DNA of 64,000 nt from Chlorokybus atmophyticus (taxonomy: Eukaryota; Plantae; Mesostigma and Chlorokybus algae), in assembly GCA_009103225.1 (NCBI GenBank), contig RHPI01002438.1:998755-1062754 (forward strand), given 5' to 3'. This document shows, one piece after another, positions 1 to 13,000 of the stretch. The notes beneath the pieces are model-generated. The model searched no databases. It saw only the letters and a list, made by a program, of their open reading frames with translations, and was not told the origin of the DNA. Both the position numbers and the translations under genes were made by a program. Numbering within the stretch: position 1 is the first letter of the stretch; every line of letters begins with the position of its first letter.

Positions 1-218
1 TTTCTGTGCAGGCAGCTGGCTCACAGCTGGCTAGTTGCATGCATGGGGTTTAAGCCTTAGCAGGGACAGGGGAGCACACAGACGCAAGCTGCCGTTACAG
101 CGCCTGCCTCGCCTCTGCCCTTTGCTGTAAGCTCAGACTAGCAATGCAGCATGAAGGCGGCTTGCTGCATGTCCATGACAACGCCTTCGCGGATAGATTG
201 TGGCAAGAGTTGTGTGCA

Positions 219-312
219 CACGTGGAGTCGTGACGCTTTCCTGCGCCAGCTGGCTCCTGCTGGCGCACGTGGAGTCGTGACGCTTTCCTGCGCCAGCTGG
301 CTTCTGCTGGCG
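219..312. repeat. 47-bp direct tandem duplication (2 copies, 1 mismatch)
   Basis: cacgtggagtcgtgacgctttcctgcgccagctggct(c/t)ctgctggcg occurs at 219-265 and 266-312; each unit contains a GCGCCAGC..GCTGGCGC hairpin and a CACGTG box. Confidence 0.95.
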
Positions 313-496
313 CAGAAAAGCAAAATGAGACGTCTGTGTGAGAGTGTGTCGCTTGTTCTCGGGTGTGCCGCCGATAGCTGTTGCTTTATTCCAATCGGAC
401 GAGTCACGTTGTCCTCAGTCGAATGTTATGAGTCCATTTCTGCGCGGCGCTGCCCTGAATGGACACAACGTACTCCGCTATTGCGATCATGTTATG

Positions 497-520
497 ACAC
501 ACACACACACACACACACAC
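497..520. repeat. (AC)12 microsatellite
   Basis: Direct reading. Confidence 0.98.
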
Positions 521-2892
521 GTTCATATAATGGCTACCACAATTTGTACGACTTTGCATTCTCACCAGGGTAACGATCGTGATGTGGGTTTTACTCATGT
601 TTATTAATAATTGTGTGCGCGATACTTGTGTTGTGTCTCCACATATTTAAATCGTTCATACTTCAATTTAATATCATAGTGTTTTAAAATCTTTGTAAGA
701 AAGGCCTTCAAAACATTAATTTATACTTTTATACGAAACCCCAGCCATCATATGCATTCTCATACATAATTACGGGAATGCATAAGTCTAACCGTGGAAA
801 AATAGATATGGCCTGCGTACAGTGCCTTCGAGAAGTTACTTCTGTAGCAAAGATTTCATGGCACTTTCGTAAAAGCATGACCGACGGGAGGTACATGTTG
901 CCCTATGTAAAAATTACGTGTTAAAATATGTGATGAAGTTTGGTTTCGCATCAATGAACGCAGCGTTCAAACCTTCAAAACCAATAAGTGCATAAATTCG
1001 TGATTACTTCACACGAATAGTGCTTGCTATTTTGGTGGTTGCACTTGATGATTATTGCAAATTATTCATGAAATATATTTAATCATATGGAGTTGTAGTG
1101 AACACAATGTATATCTAAATATACATATTTATCATATACATTCATATGAGAAAATTCTAAGCGTTATCACAAGCATGGTATTGTTGTGCCGCGAAGTGTT
1201 CGTATATTGCGGCCGCTCAGAAGTTAGTAACAATTCTCAGAATCCCCGCGTTGTTATGCGCTCTAATGCTTAATCACTGAAATGCATGAAGAAAGCCGTC
1301 GATAAAGTTTTGACAGTGCCGTAAAATGCCCCGCTACAGATTATTAATAAACATTTTGCGGCACCGCGGTAGTTTAAGAATCACACATTCTTTAAACATT
1401 CAAACATAATAAACCATTTGTATGCTTCATTTCATACTAAGTGGCATTTGTATAGCTCACATACGAGTTGCGATAATGTGAGAAATCAAGTATAGGAAGG
1501 GGCCACATGCAAAGCGCACACAATTTCAAGGCCAGCACTATTGAATTGAATTTCGCGGGGGCCAAATTAGAGTTTCAACAACTTAGCTACACGTGACCAC
1601 TCCAAGACACATTCTAGAACATGACCTTTAAGCGGCAGCAGCAGCAATAGCTGAGCATTGCAGACGTGAGAGCACGACTTAGTTGTCAATGACAACTTGC
1701 AACGCAGAAAATATGCAAAACTTGGGCCTGGGTCCTGCAACAGCGGCAGCAGGCACGACAATGACGACCGTAATGACAGCTGCTTGGCTTTGGGCCCATA
1801 TCTAATTAAACCTTTATTTACAAAACATGCAGACACAATCAGTGTACGATAATAACTATTTACATGACCATATCATACTAAGCGTGTTTTTGAGCAAATG
1901 CAATTTGCGCTAGTTTAACAGCTGTGCATATGTTTTTTAACATTAACCACCCAACTTTAAGTGAAATGAACATTCAAAAGAAGCATGCGCAAAAATGTCA
2001 TAAATATTGAGATATTGCTTATGTACAGTAGGGAGTTATATCGAGTGTTAGGAATCTGATTCATTCATCTGCAATCAAGCAATCAAACACAATAGGACTA
2101 GGTGCGTGCGCTTGAAGGTATGTGTTTGATTATTAGGGTGCTTGGATCATGATGCAAGTTGCCATGACAATTGCATCCCCACAATTCAGCACGAAGAGCC
2201 TCGATGAACAAGTTGTGCGTTGCGCACACATATACATTGTGGACATATCGTTCTGCAAAAACTGAATTTGCGTTTATACCCGCACCTATCCCCAATGCTG
2301 CACACATGATGTATGCATGTGCACATGGGCGGCGCATATGCTGGCCACCGCATATGGGTTTGCCATGCTCATAGCCGAAGAATTGTGCATTGAGTTAATA
2401 TTGTGTTGACGAGACGCACATGGTACCCGCAATCAACCATGCAATTAGTTTACGCCCAAATGCAAGACCTTTGTAGCAAAGCAGGGTAGAAAAAGCAGAA
2501 ACAATTGATATTGCATAGGGCCAACGCCTCGCTCTACTCCAAGCGTTCATATGTGCTGTGCGATACAATGATGAGTGAGGCAGACAGTAGGTAGCAGCAG
2601 CAGGCAGCAACAAAACAACCGACTTGGGGCATACAATAATCGCACAACCAACTGCATGACAAACCCATTGTTATAACAAAGCATGCAGCCTTTCAGCAGG
2701 TCAATCTATTATGTAGTGCTTTACTGTTCCAATAGCTGCCCATCAAGATGATAATGGGTTCTCAATTTGCTGTGGTCTAGAAAACAGACATCTAACCCTA
2801 TTCCCACCTATTGCTACCACCTGACTCGTCGGATACTGCAACTTAGTCTTTAATAAAGTACACCAACTGCTGTCACCAAATGTCATGGAAGC

Positions 2893-4862
2893 CTACTGCG
2901 CCCCTGACTGCTTCCGCGACAAATACAAGTCATAGGAGCGCTGCACAAATGCGGGCACTGAATCTCCATGTCCGGTTTGCACCATGATGTTCCTCAACTG
3001 CACATTCAAAGGCACAAAGAACTCATCGATTGCTTGACGGGTCGCAGGCAACATCTCTGGCTGTCGAGCACATCTCTTGTGTTGTTCTGAACCATTGTTG
3101 GCGATGAGCGGCTGGAATTCATACTCATTGAATGGGATGCCTGCGAAGTCAAACATCTGCAACACGCCAGGATCAGATACCTGCCACATGTACTGCAGGG
3201 CCCATGTGCACACAACTTGGTGTGACTTGTGCAACTTACGTTGTGCGTAGTTTCTTTGGGGTTGTCGTTGACTTGATCAAAATCTATAAACATGAACTGA
3301 TCTGGGCTGAAGTGGTTGAACCAATTGAACAGCTGCATTGCATGCCAGGACTGAACAATCTGGTTCAGGCGTTGGCAGCGGCGATAGGCCTGCGTACAAG
3401 ACACAATTGTCAGCAGAACACAGAGTGATGTGCCACTTGGCGTAGTGTCATGAGGACGACACTGGTTAGGGCTCACCATTGGAAGGTCTCCAGGAGATGA
3501 ACGGTGCATGCCAGCAGCTCTGAAGCACAAGTCCGTTGCATCCAGCTCCTGAATCACCCATTCGTCGAAGTTGGCGTCACACGGGATGTAGCCGAGCGCC
3601 TTCCCGTACGAGTTGAAGAAAGACAGAATTCTGTCTGCGGGGTCTCGCAGCGTTGCAATGAACTTCAGATGCTTAATAGACTCTGTGCCATATATTTGCA
3701 CAATGTGCGTTGGGGTGAGGTCGCGGTAAATATAGACTGGAGAGCCATCTACGACATAATAAGTCTGCCAGAGCAGAGTTGTGTGAGTCTAACTGTGGCA
3801 GTGTTCAAGCAACGACCATATGGTTAAGTCAGATGCTGTGTGCTTGTGTTAGGCTTACCCCGTTATTGGCATTATCGCATGTGGGAAACCAAGGCGTATA
3901 CTCGTTTGCCAGCTTTGTTGCTGTCCATCCCACGTGGTATTGTCCCAAGTGCTTTGGTTCCTTGGGCCAGCTCCAGACGCTGTCATGTGCGACAGGACTG
4001 CATGCCAGACGGTGTTTGCACAATACCCGAAGCAAGTTGCAGAGTCGTAGGAATCATGCATGCCTTTCTTGCGTACCTAACCATGTAGGCCCACAGGGTT
4101 GTGGTTCCGGCCTTTGGTGTGCCAAATATGAACATGTTTGGCAGTAACCTGCCTTCATAACAGATCGCTGGAGGCATCTGTCGTCCGCTTCCATCCTTGC
4201 TTGTTTGGTTTATCAGTTCGACCTTGCCCTTTGCAAAATCCAACTGCAAGAACAGTCAAGTGCGTGAGCGTGCAGGCAGATATTAGTCAAATTGCAACAA
4301 GAGCCACACAACACTCAACTTGACTGCAAATATTGCCCGCTTCACGTAGCACACTGCATTGCACTCACGCCTTGGAAGAAGTCGTCATCCTCTGAGCGAT
4401 CCTCGAGAGCCCTAGCCATGCGTGGAAGAAGAATGAACTCGTTGTCGGCGTTGATGACGCTTTGCTCCTCTGTGCTCACTTCGCCCTGAGCCCATGCCTG
4501 ACCCACCGGCAGCACCCCCAACAGGCATGTTGCACACGCGAAAGCGGCAACAAACAACACTGCCAGCAGTACAGACACCAGCATTAGGCATGCAACTGTC
4601 ATAGCCAGGTTAGTCTCTGTGAAACTGTTCGGAGCAGCTTCACCGAGGCTACACTAGACTGAAAACTCTACCGAATGCTAGACTATGCTAGACTGAAGTG
4701 ATAGCAGCATGCAAACGGCATAACATGGCTTTCCATCCAACCTAACGCAACAGGGCGGGACATAGTCGTCAGCCGCTCACCTGCTTGGATGAAGCTGCAC
4801 TGCAGCATCCATGCCCGACTCATGCCTTTGCCGCCTCGACAGCCAACCCCACCGCTGCTCAT
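2893..4862 (-). CDS. Type-II membrane (Golgi-type) sulfotransferase, heparan-sulfate 3-O/NDST-like Sulfotransfer_1 fold, copy A
   Basis: 7 GT-AG exons joined in frame: 4862-4781, 4616-4369, 4243-4077, 3997-3859, 3764-3477, 3389-3240, 3156-2893. 5'-PSB motif FGTPKAGTTTL, KEPK, 3'-PB motif IATLRDPADRILSFF, N-terminal hydrophobic anchor. Confidence 0.92.
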
Positions 4863-6820
4863 CTTGTACGCAACTGCAGGGGCACAAGCGCAAGCAATGT
4901 CAAGCTGCAAGGGAGGTGCTTTCAATCATTGATGCATGGCAAGCTGGAGAGTGCAGTGCTACAACAGGCATAGACAGACATTGTTGCATGCAACCTGTAT
5001 GCTCGCCGCAGCATCGCACGACAAGAATTTACTTACCCTCGCTGATATTGTGCGCGCCCAGCACAAGCTCAACAAGGAACGAATGGATGAATAGCACACC
5101 TGCTTGTCCGCCACGAAGGCGCAACTACACTGCGACAGGCACGCCCACTCAGCAACAAGGCGCGCTTACTTCCGCAGAACTCTTCGTGACTACTGGCATT
5201 ATCAACACGAGCGGGGGCGCGCCTGGTAGAAGCCGTCACATCAACAAGCTGATGGTGATAGCCACACCGTACGCACAGCAGTGAAAATGTTTGCACCTTG
5301 GCACCTTGCCCACTAGACTGTCCAAGCAACTAGCACAGTGCTTCAGATGAAGCAGCACCAACCTGAACGCTTCGGAGAAGCAAATGGCTGGTGTTTAGGC
5401 ATGCAAGGTGTGCTGATCAATGCATGCACTATGGCCTGATGCAATGTGCTTCGCTGTATGCAAGCTACCGTACCACCCACAAGGGGCGGCCTGTCCTCCG
5501 GGCACACACGTCAGCAAACGGGCAGTCATGAAGCGTGATTGCGACTTGAATGCATCACATCTCAGCGGCAAGAGTGCCTTTCCCATCCGACCAATAGCAA
5601 CCGCCTTGTCCCAAGTCATCACCTGCGACAGCTGCGGTACAGATTCGCTGATGATGGGTAGGGACCGCCACACGTACCGCCGCGTGCGTAGGCGGCGCCT
5701 GGCTGGCTGGTACTTTAGGTACCCCCTTTGGATGTTGCTACAGAGGACTGGTAGACGACAGAACGTCATGTCCTTAAACATGTAAACTTTAGACCCATAA
5801 GCCCATGACTCATGGGCCATGAGGTATGGGTCTGAAATTTGCTAGGATCATGGGCACATACTGGTATGTTACGCAACCGATGAAGCGACCGCGAACAACT
5901 TTTGTCATCGCTAACACCTGTCAGCACTGGTAACAGCACTGACTCTACCTTTACAGCAATACAATACAGCAACCACAGCGCCGACACGACTGATGGACGA
6001 CACTGAACACATACTTGAGCACCGCATTCAATTAGTTCGTGTTCAAGGGGGGTTCATAACCCATCAACGCTTTGTTACGTCGCAGGGCTTCATCGCGACC
6101 GTCCGACTGCTGCAATCTCAAGCAGCAGGCTCATGCGCACAAGCCGTCTGGCTTGCTCTCTGAGCAATTGATTCGAGTGTGTCATACAGTGGCTATGATT
6201 ACATGTAGAGATGCCGACCGCACAGGCTATACGGGGCAGGTTACCTGTATCATGTTAAGTCCGGGAGCATTCATCCGTGTATGATTATATGAAGGGAGTG
6301 AAGGATGTCTCTCAACGAGTTCTCAATGTGCTTGTACAGCTGGCATCACACCGCTTGCGTGCAGTCACACCGGCGGTGGCGGCGGCGATGCTGAGAGCGT
6401 GCGAAGTGTAGCAAGTTGAAGCTGACGTAGTCCGTGCTTGGACTGAGGGCGACAGCTGTCACACACATTGCATGCTCGGTGAGGTTGGGCAGCGCCACCA
6501 GCACACGTGCTGCTGCTCACTGTCACATCATCTCTGTACTGCTGTTCAGTCAAGTTGATGTGACAGCTGGCCTGTGGCTTTCACCAACCTGAATTGCACA
6601 TCAGAGAAAAATAGCAAGCTGCGTGAAAGAGATCATCACGCCGTTCTGCCTTTGCTGCGTGAACAAGTGAGAACGAGCTGCGACACTGGCGGACAAACAG
6701 GTTTGCTCCCAACATTGCTCTCTGTGCATGCACATCTACCCACAGCACTCGTAGCGCATGCATGCTACCTTGCATTGAGTGCTCTCTTTGCGTCCTCGTT
6801 GCGTGCAGTTTGTGCGAGAG

Positions 6821-8915
6821 ATGGGCAGCATTGTGCAGCATCGCGCTCTCCGCCCAGGCCGGACAAGCAATCGCCTGAGTCAGGCAATGCTCTCGCAGCG
6901 CAACTTCATGCAAGCAGGTGAGTGACCTCACTGAGCATGCGGCCGCCCAACGTTGGTCTGGTCGTCTGCCGTGCATGCAACTCTGCACTGCTGTGGTCTA
7001 GTACGGTCTGGTGTGGTGAAGCAGTGTGCTTGCCAAGCTACATGCCAATGCGTGTTGTGGTGCAGTGGTTTTGGTGGCGGTGTGTGCTTTGTTCCTACCG
7101 GCGGCGCTACCGGTGGGTCTAGCGCGGGCACAGGAGGCAGGTGAAGTTAGCGTGGAAGAACAAAGTGTTATTGACACAGACAACGACTTCATCCTCCTCC
7201 CGCGCTTGGCCAGGACTTTCGAGAACCGTCCGGAGCACGACGACTTCTTTGACAATGTGAGTGCAGCGACCTGTGTCATAAGCAATTGTGGGCTCACATT
7301 CAGTTATCAGCTTCAGTCGTTGCAGTGGTGCATGAGCTTCAGGGTTACAATGCTCTTCCGTAGCTGACCACGCAATGCACAGGCACTCGCTCACGTATTC
7401 ACCTGCGTGCAGGCATGCGCAACTATGCTTCCTGATGTAGTTCGTTTCTCTGTCACTCACTTACTCATTCACTCACTCACTCACTCTGACTGTTGAATAT
7501 AGTCTGCTCCGCTAAGTTCAGTAACAGAGGGTGTTGCACCTGTGCAGTTGGAGTTTGCACAGGGCAAGTTGTCACTGATAGACCAAACCAGCAAGGATGG
7601 AAGTGCAAGGCAGCTGCCCGCGGCAATGTGTTATGAAGACAAGCTGCTACCCAACGTGTTCGTATTCGGCACGCCAAAGGCTGGAACCACAACCCTGTGG
7701 GCCTACCTGGTGAGGTATGCAATGCATCCAGTTACTTGCGCTTGTGCCAATACTTGCCAGTCAAGTCAGTCAACATCCTCGCCATAGCATTGACTCATCT
7801 TTTGTATGCAGTCCTATCGCACACGACAGCGTCTGGAGTTATCCTAAGGAACCCAAATTCTTGGGCATATATCGTGAGGGTTGGACGCCAACAAAGCTTG
7901 CAACCGAGTATGTGACACACTTCCCAACATGTGACAATGCCAACAATGGGGTAAGCAGAGCAAACGATTTCACTGTGGTGCGGAGCAAACTAATCGTCCA
8001 GTTGACAGCATCACTCATCATGTTCACCGTTCGCAGACTTACTATGTCCTTGATGGAACGCCAACATACATCTACCGCGACCTCGCTCCGACCCAAATCA
8101 TGCAAATATACGGGACGGAGCTGTCAAAGCGGCTGAAGTTCATTGCAACGCTGCGCAACCCTGCAGACAGGATTCTGTCTTTCTTCAACTCGTACGGCAG
8201 GGCTCTTGGTTACATCCCGTGCGACGCCAACTTCGATGAGTGGGTGGTGCAGGAGCTTGACGCCACAGACTTGTGCTTCAGAGCTGCTGGCATGCACCGT
8301 TGCCAGCCGGGCAACCTTCCAACGGTGAGTGAGACCTCAAACAAGTCACATGTGTCATCATGGCGCTGTGTGGCATTGCACACGCTAACAAGGGTGTCCT
8401 TTTCACACAGGCTTACCGCCGCTGCCAACGCCTGAACCAAATTGTGCAGTCATGGCACGCGATTCAGCTCTTCAACTGGTTTAACCACTTCAGCCCAGAT
8501 CAGTTCATGTTTGTGGACTTTGATGAAGTCAACGGCGACCCCGAAGAGACTGTGCACAAGGTAAGCTGCACTGAGCAATACAACTTGACATTCACTCTTA
8601 CACTCGTGCAGCGTGGTGCATCAGGCCAGTACTTATGCTTCCATGTTGCAGATGTTTGACTTCACAGGCATCCCATTTGACGAGAACACATTTCAGCCGT
8701 TGATTGCCAACAACGGTTCAGAGCAAGAGAAAAGATGCGTGCGCCAGCCAGAGATGTTGCCATCAACGCGCGAAGCCATTGATGACTTCTTTCTACCGCT
8801 CAATGTGCAGCTGAGAAACATCATGGTGCGGGCCGGCCATGCGGACTCGGTACCTGCCTTCGCATTGCGCGCTTATGACTTGTTTATGTCGCGGAAGAAG
8901 TCCGAGACACAATAA
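6821..8915 (+). CDS. Type-II membrane sulfotransferase, copy B (paralog of 2893-4862)
   Basis: 7 exons: 6821-6917, 7066-7256, 7548-7714, 7812-7950, 8037-8324, 8411-8560, 8652-8915. Exons 3-7 have the same lengths as in copy A (167, 139, 288, 150, 264 nt). Motifs FGTPKAGTTTL and IATLRNPADRILSFF. Start could alternatively be ATG 6887. Confidence 0.92.
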
Positions 8916-9414
8916 GCAAGCAGGCGTCGGATGTGAGCCCTTATTGTTTATATTCTATGACGGAGTACTATGGAGAGCTGTACTACTTTTTGAGTAAAGA
9001 ATCGTAGCTGATAGCAAGTAAAAACAACAAGTAAAGACAGACGTGTGAGCTACACCATAGCTGTCAGCGCCTCTCAAGCGCCAAACGACCAGCCGACGCA
9101 CTGGATCAGACATTGATGTAGTCGCTGGCAGCTCAATGAAGAACTCTGTCAAGTGTAGTACTGTGCAGTGTGCTAGGATACGACTTGCAGTGCCAACAAT
9201 CACATGCATACCAGACAGAAGTTAACGCAATCTGCAGCCAGAATGCATTGCACTACTGCAGAGTGCATGGGTTAAATTAGAGACGTGATGCAAACCAATA
9301 CCATAGAAGTATCGCATTCAGATTCATACCTTAGACCCTGCATGTACACCTTTTATTCTGTCCATACACCGTTCAATCTCAAAACTTTATCTGAAAGGTT
9401 AAGCAGCAGTCTTC

Positions 9415-9760
9415 TCAGCTGGCAAGTGACACCGTCGGTTTGATTCGCACAAACTGTGCACCGAGGTGCCGCAAGGTTCGTGGCAACTTTTTAGCAATGC
9501 GCGTGAGGCAGGAAGCTGTGACGTTGCATCCTGAGCAGCATAGCTCGCGCAACTCGCGGCAACCCGCGACAACGGCCTCAATGCCGTTATCGACGACGTC
9601 TTGACAATCACCCAAGTCCAGCCATTTCAAGAACGGGAGATGTTTGGCTACGGCATGCAGCACCTCATTTGTGGCGCCAGCACAGACATCAACTAGCACT
9701 TGAGCCACACACACGCTGCAACGCAGACACACAAGGGGCAAGACGCCGGTGCAGCGCTAT
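9415..9760 (-). pseudogene. Decayed F-box/LRR paralog with internal deletion
   Basis: LPLVCLRCSVCV..GATNEVLHAVAKHLPFLKWLDLGDCQDVVDNGIEAVVAGCRELREL..TASCLTRIAKKLPRTLR aligns to the gene at 18197-19350, but the F-box end is joined directly to the last-exon LRRs and the rest of the N-terminus is not recognisable. Confidence 0.8.
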
Positions 9761-10013
9761 GACAAAGTGATTGCTATAGTGGCAAGCCAGCAAATACTTT
9801 CTCCGTTCTACACTAAGCTTCCTGCTCGCGCCCGGCTTAAGCTAATGTCACCCTTTGCGTTGGTCACCGGCGGCGTGCTGGCGTAGCCTGCCCAGGACAA
9901 CGGCCAGCTGCAACGCCACGTTGACACCCACGTTTTCCCCACCCTCCGTCTCCGCCGCCTGCTGCCGCTCAACTCAACAACGACGCCCACAGTAGCAGCA
10001 ACAACTACTATGA

Positions 10014-13000
10014 TTGGGACGTTGGTGCTGCAGGACGCGGCGGCGGCGGAGGCGGAGGACGAAGAAAGTGGCGGCGGCGAGCATCAGCAACACCAAGTAA
10101 GAACTGTCTAGGGTTAGGGGTTAGGGCCATGCTGCATACCCATGTTGGATAGTTAGGGTAGATAGACGATGTCGGCCCAGCGGCCTTGGCCAGCTGGGCA
10201 GACTAACACAACTCCGGACTCGTCTCCGGCGTTGACACTCGCGGGTCGCCGGCGTTGACACTCGCGGGTCGCCCGCGTCGGACTTCCCCTCCACCTACGC
10301 GCATGTCCTGCGCATGGGTCGGGCCAGCAATGTCGTAGCGCCTGTCCCGCAGGTGAGCGTGGCGGGGCGGGCGCCTGTTGCTGGCCGGCCCCCCCCTGCT
10401 TCGTCCTCTCCCCCTCTGCGTTGGGCACGGCATCGATGCCGCACCGCACCTCCTGCTCCCCCTGCATTCTCGGCTCCCCCTCTTTCTCCCGCTCCCCCCT
10501 CTCCCTCGGCCCCCTCATCACCAACAGCCCATGGCCGCCCGTCACCTCTTCCCCCCCCTGTATCCTGCCCTCTCCTACCTGCTGCCCCCGCCCCTGCGCC
10601 CGCCCCACCTCTCTTTCCTGCCCATGCTGCGCCACACCCCTCACCGACCCCGTCACCGCCTTCTTCCCCCCTGCCCGACGCTGCACCGCCTCTCCCCTCG
10701 CCCCCTTCAGTCCCGCTCCCACCCCTACCCCCACCTCTCCTCCCCCACCCGCAGCTGCCACCTCCGATCCTGCCCACCCCTCCCCTCCGTCTCACCCTCA
10801 CTGCTGGCCCTCATGGCGGCCGCTGGACCTTCCAGGCGCGCCCTCCCCCACCACCCCCCCTGCCCCGTCATCGCCCCCAGCGACGACGGCGTCCACATGC
10901 CCCTCACCACACTACTCCTCCTCCACTGCCCTCATCCCCCCCACCCCCACTGCCTGCTGGCTCGCCTCCTCCCTTACCACCGCCACTGCCAGCTGACATG
11001 CCTTCCCATGTGCCACCACAACGTGTCCCGTTCCTGTGCATGACCTGCGGCAAAGTATGTCGCAACGCCGCAGGCTTGAGCCTTCACAGGCGGGCGTGTG
11101 ATACACGCCGCACGCAGCCAGCACAAACATCGCAGGGTCAGCGTCGGCATGCAGGGCCATGCCCAGACCCCCCGGAAGAAGCATGGGTCTGGGTTCGAGA
11201 TCTCGACGTCGCCGCCGCCCTCCTGCCTGACAGCGTCCGACACATGTCACGTGTGTCGTGGGGGGCACGCAGTGACGTACGGCGGTGCCTTGAACTGGCA
11301 CTGTCACGTCTGACGACGGCTCCACGCAACAGTAGTGGCTGGCATCTCTTTCTGCTCATGCCACGCCTCCTGCTGGCGCCTCCACAGCCAAATGCAGCAG
11401 TTTCGGCGACTTTTTCAGTGCGCCAGCGTTGCAAACGCTTCCTCAAGAGCGACTGATTAACGTCGTTGGAAGAACGACAGGCGCTGGCAGCAGCACGCAG
11501 CAACTCCCACTCAGGCCTACGCCCGCCACGTGCTGACGCACATCTGCGACGCGCCCTCGCCCTCGCACGTGCAGGTCAAATGAGCAGGGCGACCTCATCG
11601 CTGCGTCCCTCTAGGCCGGCACCACTCACAGAACACACGGTCAGCGAGCTACGACGCCTCCATCCCGCGCCGCTGTGTGCCGTGTCCGAGTGGGTAACAT
11701 CGTTTGAGCCGTAACACGTGCCTGAGCTCGACACCGAGGTGTTCACACGGGCGTTGGCCACGGCGCCCAGGCTGGCGGCCCCGGGACCCTCAGGCTGGAT
11801 CTATGACCACCTGATCTCACTGTGTGTTGATGGTCCGGGCCAGGCCATATGTTTCAGGCTGCTTCTGGCTACCTGCTCTCTACTTGTTACCGGCCGCGTG
11901 CCCACCACCGTCGCGCCTTTGCTCGCTACATGCAGCCTCATCGCCATGAGCAAGAAAGATGATCCAGATCCAGTTGCTGCCGGCGTGTCGCCCATCGCCA
12001 TGGGTGAAGTCCTACACCGCCTCACATTTCGAGCGCTTTCCTCCCAAGATAGAGATGGGATGGCGGCACTCCTGGGCCCATGGCAGCTGGGAGTTGGCGT
12101 GCGCTCCGCCGCAGAAACGATCGTGCACGGCGTGCGCGCGTGGCTCGAGTGTCACAGGGACCACATGGCACTGTCCTTAGACATTGCAAACGCCTTCAAT
12201 TCTGTTGACAGGGTCACCGTCTTTGAGGAGCTGCGCGACTCCCCTTTTTCCCACTACATCCCTTTCATTCGCCAGTTCTACGGCACGCCTTCAGCCGTAT
12301 TGTACTGGCCGGCGATGCCATTATCACGGTGGAGTCGGCAACCGGCGTGAGACAGGGGGACCCTCTGACAGGCTTCATGTACGCCTTGGTGCACACCCGC
12401 GCCGTGGCCAAGGCGCTGCAGCTCTGGCCCGCTGTCCGTGCCCCACAGTACCATGACGACACGCACGTGTTGGGACCCCCGGCTTCGGTCGCAGGAGCAG
12501 CAGCGGCGCTTCAGCGATTATTTGCTTGGAGGGCACTGCGCATTCAACCACTGAAGTGCGCGGCGTTCGGCTGGAGCGCCAATGAGCAGATCGTTACGGA
12601 ACAATTTTCGTCAGATGTCCGCGTTTGCGACAACGGCATCGTGGTCCTTGGCGTGCCGATTGGCCCGCCTGAGTCCCTGTCGGCGTCCATCACGGCATCG
12701 GTCAACGAAACACTGGCCATTGCCGAATCCCTGCTCGAGCTCGATGCACAAGCCGCCCTACTCTTGCTCCGGTCTTGCGTGGCGACGCGCATAGGGTACT
12801 TGCGACGGACGATACTTCCATCGGCCGCGTCGGTGACCCAGTACCAAACTCTGGCGCGGGTTTGGCGTTGGTGGCGCTGCGATTGGCGGGAGCATCACAC
12901 GCAGTGGGTCCTGGCGCGCAGGGCGATTGGGGATCATTTTCGGATGCCCCGTCGGCAGCTGACCATGTTTATCGATCCACGGCGTTGGCACAAATCTTTC

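Noticed and set aside
5069-5820. ORFs between the sulfotransferases
   Set aside because: No recognisable motifs or consistent splice structure
7026-7367. Sulfotransferase B appears to lack an ATG (ORF track starts at GTG after an in-frame TGA), suggesting a pseudogene
   Set aside because: An upstream exon 6821-6917 splices in phase 1 to 7066 and has a homologous exon in copy A (4862-4781)
10153-11043. Several long overlapping Gly/Pro/Arg-rich ORFs on both strands
   Set aside because: Shadows of the C-rich low-complexity 5' part of the retrotransposon ORF
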